This document shows positions 23,363 through 35,479 of a stretch of DNA of 64,000 bases, one piece after another. Positions within the stretch are counted from its first letter, which is position 1. Every line of letters begins with the position of its first letter. The notes below the pieces were generated by a model. The model saw only the letters and a list, made by a program, of their open reading frames with translations. It did not search any database and had not been told where the DNA came from. Source of the DNA: Ascoidea asiatica JCM 7603 (Eukaryota > Fungi > Ascomycota); contig BCKQ01000002.1 of assembly GCA_001600695.1 (NCBI GenBank), forward strand, positions 473,002 through 537,001. Direction: 5' to 3'. A program made the position numbers and the translations under genes.

Positions 23363-26038
23363 TTAACTATATAATTTCAGCCTTAAATTGTTATTCTCTT
23401 CTTCCAATTCTTTCAATCTCTTCTGAGAAGCTTCTGATTCCAATATTCTTCTTCCTCTTTCTGCTTTAAATTTTTTAGTTAGAACTTCTATTCGAAGCTT
23501 ACCTCTTGGACTTGGAGGATTTGAACCAGCCAGTCCATCTTTATTAACAGGAACCGTTATAGATTCAAATTCATCAATTGAAGTTCCAAAACTACTAATA
23601 CTATTATTATCTTTACTACTTCTATTTCTTAGTTTATTTGAATCTATATTTTTTTCCAATGAAGATATTTTTTCTTTGAATTCTTCATTCTGATATTTAA
23701 TTTCTTGTAATTGTCTCTCAGATTGTTCATATACTTGCAATTGAAGTTTTAATTTATATGATAAAGAAGTATGATCATTCACTAAAGCATTTGTAGCAGA
23801 AATTACATATCCATATATAGATTTACTAAGATCTATAATTTTTTCATATCTTTTATTTTCAAAATCCTCATCATCTGTATAATCTTTTAATGAAAAATTT
23901 TTATATTTTACTTGATTTAATGAATGAGTATCGATGATATTTGAAAATATGGTGATCAATTTATCAAAACTTGAGATTTCGAGATATAAAATTTCTTGAA
24001 ATTTGGAGGAGATTAATTTTATTAAATTATTTTTAAAATTTATTTCTTTATTTGAATTAATTAATCTTTCGGAGATTAAAGAAAGATTATCATTTAATGA
24101 TTGATTATTTTGAATTAATTTTTCATTTTCTTGTTTAATAGAAGAATTTTTTTCATTTAATTTAAATTTTTCATTATTTAAGTTTTCAATAATTTTTTTT
24201 GATTGTTGATTATTTAAAATTTTTAAATCATTTCTTAAATTTTGTATTTCATCTTTTTGAATTTTATTTTTTTCTTCCAAAAGTTTATTATTTTCTTCTA
24301 AATTTTTATTTTTTTCCTCTAATTCTTGAATATAAATTAAATTTTGATTATTATTGTTATCACTATTTGAAGTATTTGAAATATTTTGATTTTCTTTTTG
24401 TTGAAATGTGAAAATTTGATCATTTTTTAAATTTATTTCATTTTTCAAATTTTCTATAGTATTTTCTAAAAATTTTAGTTTATCTTTATAAAAAATACTT
24501 TCTTGTGAATTTGATGAATTTAATAGATTTTGTTTATTAATATTCTGATTTTCAATTTCATTTTTATTTTCGTTCTCATTATTAATTTCGATTTGCTTTT
24601 GATTTTGATTTTCAAATTGATTTTTATTTTGAGTAATATCTGAAGAAAAAGTTGTAGGAGAAGACATTGAAGATTTTATAATGGAACTTATTTGACTTGA
24701 AATATTAGTATTATCACTAATTTTTCTATTCTGGATTAATAGTATATTTTTGAGCTGTAATTTAAGTTGATTATTTTGTAAAACTAAAGAATTATATTCA
24801 TCTAAGAATTTTTTTGATAATAAATTTTTCTCATTGATAAAACTTTTATATGAAGAGATTTTTACTTTTTGTTTATTTAAAATTAGTAATAGAGAATTAA
24901 TTTTTTCAGTAAATTTCAAATTCATTTCTTTTGTAATTGATAAGTTTTTTTTAATATCAGTAAATTTATTTTTATAATCGGATAATAAATTTTTAATTTC
25001 CATTGGTAATTTTAGTTGTTCCATATCTTCATTATCTACATTAATTTGATTCTGTTCATTATTTTGATTCATATTATTTAGTATATTATCTTCTTCTTTC
25101 TTATTAACTAGTTCATTTAGTTCATTTAAGTTACTTAAGTTATTTATATATGAATTGTAGATTATTGGAATTGAGTAATTAATAGCTTCAGTTTTCTTTT
25201 GTAAAATAGAGATAATTTCATTACATTCATCATTATTATTGATTTCATTATCAATTTCATTATTATTTTCTAGTTTATCTGTGATATTTAAATTACAATT
25301 CAAAGCAATTGAAAGAATTGAATTATAATCATTATTTATATTAAAATTAGTAAGAATTTTTAAAATTTTATTTAAAGTAAATATTAAATTAGATAAATTA
25401 TTATTTAAAATTTCATTTGAGATAGGATTTGAAGATAAAAATTTTTTAAATTTGGAGAAATTTTCATTATTATTTAAAGGAAATTTAAGTAAATCAATTA
25501 AGAATTTTTGATTAATTTTATAATTTATAATTTGTTTTTGTAAATCTTGAAATTTTAAAGAAGAATCAATTAAATTTATATGATTATTATAATTTGATTT
25601 ATTATTATTACTGTTACTATTAGTTAGTCTTTTGGTATTTTGATTATTGGAATTATTATTCAAATCAAGAGAATAAACAGATAAATTTTCATCATCATTG
25701 AAAGAGAAATCTAAATTAATTTTTGAAATTGAGTTATCTAAATCTCTTAATTGTAGAGCTAATAAACCAGTTGGAATTGGACCTCTTTTTTGAGATTTAT
25801 TATTATTATTATTATTGTAATTGTTATTTGAATTATTTTTGAAAGTTTTAATTGATTTTTTAGGAGATTTAAGTAAACTTTTGTTACTTATATGATTATT
25901 TACATGATTATTATTTATATTATCTATGGGTATTATATTATTATTTTGAAATTGAATGGATTGATCATTTAAAGATTCTTGATCTGAAGATATATCATTT
26001 TGGTTTAAATTAAAAGATTGATTAATTGTTGAATCCAT
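23363..26038 (-). CDS. SPC72: Spindle pole body / cytoplasmic gamma-tubulin receptor, Spc72/Mto1-like coiled-coil protein
   Basis: CM1-like LQKQIINYKINQKFLIDLL, long coiled coils, and C-terminal LRIEVLTKKFKAERGRRILESEASQKRLKELEEEN resembling the Mto1 C-terminal (Mto2-binding) motif. Confidence 0.65.
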   Translation of the reverse strand: MDSTINQSFNLNQNDISSDQESLNDQSIQFQNNNIIPIDNINNNHVNNHISNKSLLKSPKKSIKTFKNNSNNNYNNNNNNKSQKRGPIPTGLLALQLRDLDNSISKINLDFSFNDDENLSVYSLDLNNNSNNQNTKRLTNSNSNNNKSNYNNHINLIDSSLKFQDLQKQIINYKINQKFLIDLLKFPLNNNENFSKFKKFLSSNPISNEILNNNLSNLIFTLNKILKILTNFNINNDYNSILSIALNCNLNITDKLENNNEIDNEINNNDECNEIISILQKKTEAINYSIPIIYNSYINNLSNLNELNELVNKKEEDNILNNMNQNNEQNQINVDNEDMEQLKLPMEIKNLLSDYKNKFTDIKKNLSITKEMNLKFTEKINSLLLILNKQKVKISSYKSFINEKNLLSKKFLDEYNSLVLQNNQLKLQLKNILLIQNRKISDNTNISSQISSIIKSSMSSPTTFSSDITQNKNQFENQNQKQIEINNENENKNEIENQNINKQNLLNSSNSQESIFYKDKLKFLENTIENLKNEINLKNDQIFTFQQKENQNISNTSNSDNNNNQNLIYIQELEEKNKNLEENNKLLEEKNKIQKDEIQNLRNDLKILNNQQSKKIIENLNNEKFKLNEKNSSIKQENEKLIQNNQSLNDNLSLISERLINSNKEINFKNNLIKLISSKFQEILYLEISSFDKLITIFSNIIDTHSLNQVKYKNFSLKDYTDDEDFENKRYEKIIDLSKSIYGYVISATNALVNDHTSLSYKLKLQLQVYEQSERQLQEIKYQNEEFKEKISSLEKNIDSNKLRNRSSKDNNSISSFGTSIDEFESITVPVNKDGLAGSNPPSPRGKLRIEVLTKKFKAERGRRILESEASQKRLKELEEENNNLRLKLYS

Positions 26039-27151
26039 TATATATATATTTATAAAAAGAATATAAACAAATAATGATGATATTAAGAATATAAATAAGT
26101 TGAATTAAAATTAAAGATATTTCATCTATATGAGATACAGAAATGAATTTGAATGAACTAGTATTAATTTTATTGAGATATTGAATTGAATTAAGATATA
26201 AATTGCTTATGAATTGAATAATAAAAAGAATCAAATCAAAGTCGAATATCTCTTGTTTATAAAAAAGACGTCTTTGATGTCTTTGATGTTTATGGTTTTT
26301 TTTGATGTTTTTTGTTGTTTATGATCTCATATAGATTTAAGACTGCAAAGATGTGAAGATTGAAGATGAAAGACTGAAAATGGATGATAATAAAGTTTTC
26401 TGGTGCAATTAGAAACGGAAAAAGATAAATAAAGACAAACGTAGCGCAAAACGCAAAAGGAAAGCGCTACGCATAAATATAAAAGCGTGCATTGACAAGA
26501 AAGCATGCAAAAACAAAAGCGTGCGCATAAACAAATTGCAGACACTTTACGCAAAAGCGTTGAAGTCTTTTAACCACCTCTTTGGATCTAAAGTACTACG
26601 CAGGAGTACACGCTGAATTAGGCGGAAATGCATTTGTGCACATCAAGAATTACCGGTCTAGATTGTATTAGTCTTAGGACATGGAAGTGGCTGAGAGTGA
26701 TTTAGCCTGTGGCGAGTAATATTAGGAGGTGCCCTAAGTGTGGAATGTTCGTGCTACAAGCAGGCCTGCGTGGCGGGTGGTTTTTGTGGTGGATGTAACG
26801 TTGACGGTGGTGAGTGTTAGCGCTACGAATTGTCAGCCCCGATAAGATCAGAAAGTGCTCGCTCAGTTCCTCGCAGGTGTTGAATCTTCCTTTCTTCTTA
26901 TTCATCTTCACCAGATCCACAACTATCCATAATATTTATTATCCATAACTACAACTACTGTAGAACTATAACTGTACTATAATCATACACCTTTAATCTT
27001 ATTTTTATCTTTTTCATTGTAATTATATTTATTCTTTTCATTATAATTGTCGCTAGAATTGTCAATATAATCAATCCTATTCATTCTTCAAGTCATTGAC
27101 AATAATTATCTCGTAACTGCATCAATTTTATAATACCTTTTCATAAAGAGC

Positions 27152-29170
27152 ATGTCTTTGTTCAATGAGCCAATTGATCCATGGAAGTCTTTGGCTGATA
27201 ATGATTCCTTGTCCTCCAATAATATCAACAATAATAAAAATAATATCAATAACAATATAACAAATAATATAGACAATCATATAAATAATATAAATAATAT
27301 AAATAATATAAACGACATTCCTCCTTTATCTCATAGTTACTCTTCTTCAACTCCTGCTCCTTTTTTTTCTCATAATAGTTCTCTTAATAATTCTCATAAT
27401 ATCTCTCATAATAATTCTCATAATTCTCATAAACGTATAAATGGTCATAATATATCACTTTCTCTTTCTGCTCCAGATTTAGATTTAATAAAATCTTCTG
27501 AAAATATAAATGATAACAATGTAAATAATATAAATTCACATTCTTCATTTGATAATATATGGAATTATAATAATGATACAAATATTTCATTTTTAAATGA
27601 TTCTATATTAAATGATCCAATTTTAAATGATCCAATCTTAAATAATTTATCAATAAATAATAATAAAAATAATAAAATACTTGGTAGCAGTATGATTGAT
27701 AATGATAATAATAATATAAATATAAATTCAAAACTCAGTTCAAAAAATAATGATAAAATTAATGATAAAATTTCAATTTGGAATAATAAAGTAAGAGATT
27801 CTTTTAATCCAAATTCTTTAGATTTTATTACTGTTACTGAAATTTCTGAAAAAGAAGGAATTTTATTCAAACATTTAAATTATCTTATTCAAAATAATAA
27901 TTCTTCTTCATTATCTGATTCAACCTCAATGCCAAACTTAAATTCAAATTTACACTCAAATTCATTAAATAATTCAATTAATCATTCTATAAGTCATCCA
28001 ATAAATCATTCTCAAAATTCTTCAAGATCTAAAGTAATTAGAAGATATTCAGATTTTGTTTGGTTACTTGAAATTTTATTAAAAAAATATCCTTTTAGAT
28101 TAATTCCTGAACTTCCTCCAAAAAAATTCAATGGTATGTATAAAATTTATTATCTTTTTTACTCGTTTTTTTTATTTCAATTTTTTTTTTTTTTTTTGTT
28201 TCTAACATTCAAAAACTAATATTTAGTTATCTTTTTAGGCTCAAGTACAGATAATTTATTCTTACAACGTCGTAAATATGGTTTACAAAGATTTTTAAAT
28301 CAAATTATGAAACATCCAATTCTTTCAAAAGAATCAATGGTAATAATGTTTTTAACTGTACCAACAGATTTAACAACTTGGAAAAGACAAGCAAATATTG
28401 ATACAAATGAAGAATTTAAAGGTAAAAGAATTTCAAAATCTTTTTTAAAACTTTGGAATCCAGAAAATTTAAAAATTTGGAAAATTGCAGAATTAAATAT
28501 TAAACAATTATATGATTCTTGGTTTAAAATTTTAATTTTAATTGAAAGAATTGAAAAAAGAAAACAACAAATTTCTTTTGATAATTTAAAATTTAATAAT
28601 TTTTTTAAAAATTTTTTAAATTCTTCTGAAAAAATTTATTCAATTGATCCTTCTGATATTTTAACAATTAATCAAGGTTTAAAAAATATTAATAATCATA
28701 TAAATATTTCTTCAAATATTTATCAAGATGAATATATTAATCTTGAAAATGGTATAATTCATCAATTTAAAACATTCTTAGATTATTTAAATTCTTTAAA
28801 AGGTTTATTTGATAGATTAGATAAATTAGGGGGTAATACAATTTTTCAAGCTGAAAAAAGAGTTGAAATTAATTCAAATAGATTAAAAGATATAAGAACA
28901 AAACCTGATGTTAGAGGTTCTGAAGTTGATAGATTAATTCAAAATATTAATCGTGATAAACAAGAAATTATTTATCAAACAAATAGAGATTGGTTAATAA
29001 AAGAATGTGTATTACATGAATTTATAATGTTTCAAGAAACTCAATATACAATTACTAAAATCTTTCAAGAATGGGGTTCAGATAGATTAAAATATGAAGA
29101 ATCTTTAACAGAAAATTGGAATCAAATGAATAATTTACTTCAAGATATGCCAATAAATAGAAATATTTAA
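27152..29170 (+). CDS. MVP1: Sorting nexin Mvp1 (PX-BAR); exons 27152-28133 and 28239-29170, about 637 aa
   Basis: PX motif [12 protein letters not shown]...[30 protein letters not shown]. Intron 28134-28238 (GTATGT...TTCTAAC...TTTTAG) restores the frame into [20 protein letters not shown]. An in-frame alternative AG lies at 28226. Confidence 0.93.
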
Positions 29171-29314
29171 AAAAAAAAAAAAAATTAATCAAAACAATAA
29201 TCAATAATCAATAATCAATAACAAATAATAAATAAAATACTATTCATTTAATTAAAACCTACGGTAAGTTTTAAAGAAAATTTTTTATCTTTATACAGTA
29301 TATATTGTATATTA

Positions 29315-30418
29315 TCATGTAGTCTTTTTATTAGCATTATAAAAGCCAGAACCTTTAATTTGAAGTATCTGATAACCAGGAGAATCTTCATCTAGTAAAA
29401 AAAAAGCTTCAGTTCCAAAAACTTTTTTAATATCTCTTAATATATGAACAAGATTAGCATCAATTTGTTTATCATTTATCAAAAATCTTCCAACATCTTC
29501 TCTACCTAAAACCATAAAAGTTAGAGCTAAAGGAATTTGACTTCTACAAAAAGAACCAGAAATACTTAATTCTTCTAATAAATTATAAGCAACAGATTTT
29601 CCAATATCTTCAGGAATATCACCAGCACCACCCATATCTTCAACAAAATATCTAAAATTATCTTTTTTAGTTTCTGCAACTAAAACTAAACCAAAACCTG
29701 GAGATTTACCAGAATTTTCACCTTTCCAAACATCAGCCGTTATATTTACTTCACAACCAATATTTTTTAAAACTTTTCTTGCAGAATCAATTGTTCTTGA
29801 AGCCATATATGGACTTACTCTTGTACAATATGCAACCCCTCTAATAATTGAGATTTTTTTATGATCATTTGCATGAAGTGTAGTTGTAGTTGATATTAAA
29901 GAATTTACTTTTAAATGAACTTCACCACCACCATCTGGAGGACTACCTCTTTTTAAAGTGTGTAATTCAACTTCTCGTACACCAAATTTTTCCATAACAG
30001 GAATTAAACCCCATTTAATTCCATCAATTGAAATATCATTTTTTGAATTTGTTATACCTTTAAAGATTATTGAAAATTTTTTTTTTGAAAATGGTGCTAA
30101 ATATAATATTGGTTCAATAAAATAAGTAATTGATTTTGAAAGTGGACAAATTTGAGTAATTTCTCCACCAATTATTAAACCTGGAGTTAAAGTAACAGTT
30201 GTACCAGTATAAGATATAAAAGTTCTTGAACCATTAGTTATTTTTTCTAAGAATCTTAAAAATGAAACTTCATAATCTTTTAAACCTGGATTAATATCAT
30301 TTGAACGTATTTTTTCAATTTTTATTGATTTACCACTTAAAATTGAAAAAATTAATCTTAAACGAAAATTTCTATGAGTTTGAAATACTATAAATTCAGA
30401 CTGATTTGAAACAGACAT
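29315..30418 (-). CDS. RCL1: RNA 3'-phosphate cyclase-like 18S rRNA biogenesis protein Rcl1
   Basis: NFRLRLIFSILSGK, PGLKDYEVSFLR, LKRGSPPDGGGEVHL, GKSPGFGLVLVAE. Confidence 0.97.
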   Translation of the reverse strand: MSVSNQSEFIVFQTHRNFRLRLIFSILSGKSIKIEKIRSNDINPGLKDYEVSFLRFLEKITNGSRTFISYTGTTVTLTPGLIIGGEITQICPLSKSITYFIEPILYLAPFSKKKFSIIFKGITNSKNDISIDGIKWGLIPVMEKFGVREVELHTLKRGSPPDGGGEVHLKVNSLISTTTTLHANDHKKISIIRGVAYCTRVSPYMASRTIDSARKVLKNIGCEVNITADVWKGENSGKSPGFGLVLVAETKKDNFRYFVEDMGGAGDIPEDIGKSVAYNLLEELSISGSFCRSQIPLALTFMVLGREDVGRFLINDKQIDANLVHILRDIKKVFGTEAFFLLDEDSPGYQILQIKGSGFYNANKKTT

Positions 30419-30863
30419 TTTTTTTCCTTTATTTTGTGTTTTTATGAAATGATTATAGATATAATTTTGGTTATAAACTTTTCATGAAAAATTATCTCCA
30501 ATTTGAAATTCATATTTTTCATTCTTTCTGTTAACGGTTAACAAAAATCAAAAATCAAAAATCAAAAAAAAATCAAAAATAAATAAAATTTAAAAATTAA
30601 AATAAGTTTTAAAGCCAGAACAACGGTACTAATAATATATATCACGTGCTTATTTAGATAATGGTTTATCGTAAAAGATGAATTTGATAAAAGAAGAACG
30701 AAAAGTGAATTGAAAGTTGAAAATGAGATTGAAATGGATATTAAATTGGATATTAAATTGGATAGTAAATTGGATATTAGTTTTTGTTGTCGTTGTAAAT
30801 AACAGGGTTTATTGTGAAGTATTGTTACAATTTATTGACAGATTACAGTATTAAACAAAAGTT

Positions 30864-31886
30864 ATGAATAATAAACGTCAGCCACCTACAGATATCGAAA
30901 ATGAGAATAAAAGACCAAAGATAGATAATGTTATAACAACAAATGGAGTCTCTAACAATAATAATAATAATAAAATAAAAAATGAAAATCAGTCAATAAT
31001 GGGATCAATAAATCCTTTGAAAAGTAGTGGTGCAGGATTACAATTACCTAAAGTGATACCTAGTTCTATAAAATCTAATAATGTAAATAATACTACTAAT
31101 ACAACTACTACTAATAATAATAATAGTGATCAACTTAATGATGTTTTAAGTGCAGCAGGAGTTGATATAAGAACTGAAGAATTATTACTTGCAAATTCTA
31201 GAAAATCCGGACAAAATTCAAATAAACGTAATAGACAAAAAAAAATTCAAAATGATGGAGATTTTCTTAATCATCGTAAATTATCATATCAACTTCATAA
31301 TATTACAAAAGAAAATGGATTAAATCAATTTTTTGAAAATGAACAAAAAATTTTACAAATTACATCAGTTGCATGTGAAGAATTTTTAAAAACAATTATA
31401 ACAGATGCAATAATTTTAAATCGTCATAGAAGAAAAAATGCTTCACTTAATAATACATTAAATAGTCAAAATAAAAATGAAATTACAAAAGCTTTAAGAG
31501 ATATAGCATTAAGACAAAAAGAAATTGAAGAAAAAAGATCTAAAAAAAGAAAACAATTAGGTATTGATACTTATAATGGAGATGGACAAAAAGCAGGAGC
31601 AGAAGAAACAATGCATAGAGCAACTAATGCAACTGCTGCAAGAAGATTTGCAGGAGGTAGAACTAAAAAATATAGTTGGTTAACTGTTGGAGGATCTCAA
31701 GCATTTAATCCAAATAAAAATAATGCAGTTGTTCTGGCTAATAGAGGTGGTACTAATGATATAAGATATAGATCAGTTCGAGAAGAAAAAAATATAAATT
31801 TAAGAGATTTGGTAAGTGCTCTTGAAAATAGAAAAGTTGGTGTAACTAAATCCTTAATAAAAGGTTATGCGAAACTCAAAGATTGA
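30864..31886 (+). CDS. TAF4: TFIID subunit Taf4
   Basis: LNDVLSAAGVDIRTEE, histone-fold region, HRATNATA...KKYSWL, INLRDLVSALE, KGYAKLKD. Confidence 0.93.
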   Translation: MNNKRQPPTDIENENKRPKIDNVITTNGVSNNNNNNKIKNENQSIMGSINPLKSSGAGLQLPKVIPSSIKSNNVNNTTNTTTTNNNNSDQLNDVLSAAGVDIRTEELLLANSRKSGQNSNKRNRQKKIQNDGDFLNHRKLSYQLHNITKENGLNQFFENEQKILQITSVACEEFLKTIITDAIILNRHRRKNASLNNTLNSQNKNEITKALRDIALRQKEIEEKRSKKRKQLGIDTYNGDGQKAGAEETMHRATNATAARRFAGGRTKKYSWLTVGGSQAFNPNKNNAVVLANRGGTNDIRYRSVREEKNINLRDLVSALENRKVGVTKSLIKGYAKLKD

Positions 31887-32408
31887 AGAATAAGCTATCT
31901 TTCAAAGAGTGACCAAGTATTATGATATGATATGATATTAGTATTTATTCTTCTATGGTTTTCATATAAAACCTGTCAATTCGTATTCAATCAATACATG
32001 TAAAATATTTCAATGTTTTTTTATTTTTTCTGTTTGTTGTTGTTGTTGTTATTGTTGTTTTTAATGAGTGACTGAACACGTTTTTGAGATTGGGGTGTCA
32101 CATGATAATGGTGGAGGTGATATTACGTAATGTTGGGACCAGTTTTGAGGGAGGTTCAATTCTGTTGAATTTAGTTGTAATTAGTTGTATTTAAATGTAT
32201 TTGATTGAATAATGGAATTAAACTGAAATTAGTTTAGTTCTTTAAAGCAGAGATTATTATTTAAACTGATTGAATTAACTAGATTATTGGAATTGATTGA
32301 GTTAATTTTTGATTGAAACTATTAAAGAAAAGAAAATTATTATTCTTGTTTTTTTTTTATATTTTTTTTCTCTTTTTTATATTTCAATTAATCAATTAAA
32401 AAAAAAAA

Positions 32409-34226
32409 ATGATTTTTACAATTTCTAATAAAATTGATGAAATTTCAATTTCATTAGGTATTCCATCAGGAATAATTAAAATGGCAATATGTTTATTTTC
32501 ATCATTTCCATTTTGTGGGATTTTAAAAAGATTACCAGATAATAATAAAAATTTAAGATGTTTATTTGTTATATTAATTTCATTATTTTATCTTTTTGAA
32601 ATTTTAAATATTTATACTGGATTTTTAACATTATTTTTAAGTTCAATGATAACATATTTTTTAACAAAATATTATAAATCTCCATTAATGCCATGGATTA
32701 ATTTTTTAATAATTATGGGACATTTATTAATTAATCATCTTAAATCACAATTTTTTAATAATAATAATAATAATAATAATAATATAAAAAGTGATAATTA
32801 TAATGATAATGTTGGTATTGATATTACAGGAGCTCAAATGGTTTTAGTAATGAAATTAACATCATTTGCATGGAATATTCATGATGGTAATAGATTATTA
32901 AATAAAATTAAAGATAATTTTAATAATGAAATTAATGATAATCAAAAAAAAAAAGCAATTTTTAAACATCCAACAATTTTAGAATTTTTATCATATTGTT
33001 TTTTTTTTCCATCATTACTTACAGGACCATCATTTGATTATATTGATTATTCAAATTGGTTAACAAATGAATTATTTAAAGATTTACCAAAAAATTATAT
33101 AAATAATAAAAGAATTATACCACATAATCTTAAACCATCATTTTTAAAAACTTTAAATGGTATATTTTGGATAATTTTATGGATAATTTTAAATGAAAAA
33201 ATTACAAATGATTATATTTTTACAAATGAATTTAAATTTAAAAAAAATTTTATTTTTAAAATATTTTATTTATGGATTTTAGGATTTATTTATAGATTAA
33301 AATATTATGGAGCATGGTTAATTTCAGAATCAAGTTGTATATTATGTGGAATTGGATATAATGGTATTAATAATAAAACAGGTAAAATTAAATGGGATAA
33401 AGTTCAAAATATTGATATTTATAAATTTGAAAGTGCAGAAAGTATTCATAATGGATTAGAAGCTTGGAATCAAAATACAAATAAATGGCTTAAAAATTAT
33501 ATATATTTAAGAGGTAAAAAAAAAGATCAAAAACCAGGATTTAAAACAACATTATTTACATTTTTAACATCAGCAATTTGGCATGGTACAAGACCAGGAT
33601 ATTATTTAACATTTATATCAGGAGCATTATTACAAACATGTGGTAGATTTTATCGTAGAAGTTTAAGACCAATTTTTTTAGATAAAAAAACAGGTAAAGG
33701 TAATAAAAATAAAAAATATTATGATATAATTTGTTATTTTGTTACACAATTATCATTTGGATATATTGTTCAACCATTTGTTATTTTAGATTTTAAAAGA
33801 TCTATTTTAGTTTGGAAAAGTACAAATTTTTATATTCATTATGGAATTTTAATTACTTTTATAATTATGTTTATTTTAAGACAAAAAAAGAAAAATGAAA
33901 AAGGAAAAACTCAAACTCAAACTAAAGGTAAAGGTAAAGGTAAAGAAAATGTTATTAATGATGATAATAATAATAGTAAACTTTCATTTATATTAAAAGA
34001 AAAAGATGAATTTATTTTAAAAGAAGAAAATGAAAATGAAAATGAAAATGAAAATAAAAATGAAAAAGCAATAGAAATAGAAATAGGAACAGAGAAACGT
34101 GAATATAATGATGAAGCTAAAGATATGGTATTGGGAGTTCCAGATCTTGATGAAGAAGAAGTCGAAGAAGTATTGAAAGAAGTAAATGATGCACTTAAAG
34201 AACAATTAAGAAGTAAGAAATTATAA
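32409..34226 (+). CDS. ALE1: MBOAT lysophospholipid acyltransferase Ale1
   Basis: DITGAQMVLVMKLTSFAW, FPSLLTGPSFDY, AWNQNTNKWLKNY, SAIWHGTRPGYYLTF. Confidence 0.96.
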   Translation: MIFTISNKIDEISISLGIPSGIIKMAICLFSSFPFCGILKRLPDNNKNLRCLFVILISLFYLFEILNIYTGFLTLFLSSMITYFLTKYYKSPLMPWINFLIIMGHLLINHLKSQFFNNNNNNNNNIKSDNYNDNVGIDITGAQMVLVMKLTSFAWNIHDGNRLLNKIKDNFNNEINDNQKKKAIFKHPTILEFLSYCFFFPSLLTGPSFDYIDYSNWLTNELFKDLPKNYINNKRIIPHNLKPSFLKTLNGIFWIILWIILNEKITNDYIFTNEFKFKKNFIFKIFYLWILGFIYRLKYYGAWLISESSCILCGIGYNGINNKTGKIKWDKVQNIDIYKFESAESIHNGLEAWNQNTNKWLKNYIYLRGKKKDQKPGFKTTLFTFLTSAIWHGTRPGYYLTFISGALLQTCGRFYRRSLRPIFLDKKTGKGNKNKKYYDIICYFVTQLSFGYIVQPFVILDFKRSILVWKSTNFYIHYGILITFIIMFILRQKKKNEKGKTQTQTKGKGKGKENVINDDNNNSKLSFILKEKDEFILKEENENENENENKNEKAIEIEIGTEKREYNDEAKDMVLGVPDLDEEEVEEVLKEVNDALKEQLRSKKL

Positions 34227-34984
34227 ATTATCAATATTTTTTTGTTTCATCATCACAATAGAAGTTAAAAGTAATTATTCATTCATTACGTATTTATCAA
34301 TTTTATCTATTTGTCAATAAAGCCCATACTTAGACTATTAGTAGTAATAGTAATAGTAATAGTACAATAGTAATAGTAATAGTAATAAGGCTCAACGGTT
34401 TCCAGCAGTATACGAGACCCGAGAAAAAAGGAACACCTGAAACAACGACATCCGAGGGGTGTCGAGGGTGGTAAATAACCGGATGTGGTCATTCTGGGTG
34501 AAATGCTCCATGCGCACACGTGCCCTGCCCATGCCCAAGAGTAAGAAGCCAGTTGTTAGCACTGAGGATTTGTGGTTGGCGGTGAGTGAGAAAAGTGCAG
34601 AAGCAGCAGCAGTGGTGGTAGTAGCATTGTTTGACAGTGATGATCGCGATATATTAATATCGACAGTGTCTATGCTACTGTGATGATATTCAATAGGGTA
34701 CAATTGTAATACTTGCTGGCACTGTGTTTGTATGTTTGTATAAAAGTACGTTTATTTTCCTCTTCAGACCACTTCTCACTTGCCTCATTCAATCACCACT
34801 CTTGTAATCTCATTCCATTCCATTCCATTCATCTCTCCATTCAATTCAATTCCTTTCATCTCAATTTATTTCAATCCAATTCAACTTACTCATATCTATT
34901 CGTTATTCTTTAAGTCCACTAATCATCTTAATTCAATTCATTCAATTGATTTCAATCAATTGTAATAAATATTAAATATTCAAA

Positions 34985-35437
34985 ATGGCTTCCGTTATAA
35001 AAATTGATCAAGATGATTTACTGAAAAATGTAAATAATGAAATATCAAATGGATCATCATCAAATGAAATATCAAAAGAAATATCTAAAGATATATTAAA
35101 AGAAATAAAAAATGAAGATTTAAATAAAATTTCAAATGAAAATAAAAATCCATATTATTATAATCATTCAATTCAAATAATAAATGAAAATAAAGAATTT
35201 AATAAAAATATAATGAAATATACTAAAGAAATTATTAAAAAAGATATTGGTTTTAATTATCATGTAATTTCTGTATTTGGTTCTCAATCAACTGGTAAAT
35301 CAACTTTATTAAATGCTTTATTTGGTACTAAATTTGATGTAATGGATAAATCAAAAAGACAACAAACTACAAAAGGTATATGGTTAGCTTATTCAAAAAA
35401 TATTGCTTCATTTAAAAATAATATCAATAACAATAAC

Positions 35438-35479
<42 letters not shown>

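Noticed and set aside
27152-28219. Two separate ORFs (355 and 287 aa) or a frameshifted pseudogene
   Set aside because: A single intron joins them into an intact MVP1
34637-34690. Two GTGATGA box C-like motifs as a C/D snoRNA
   Set aside because: No downstream CTGA box D with terminal stem and no evident rRNA antisense guide
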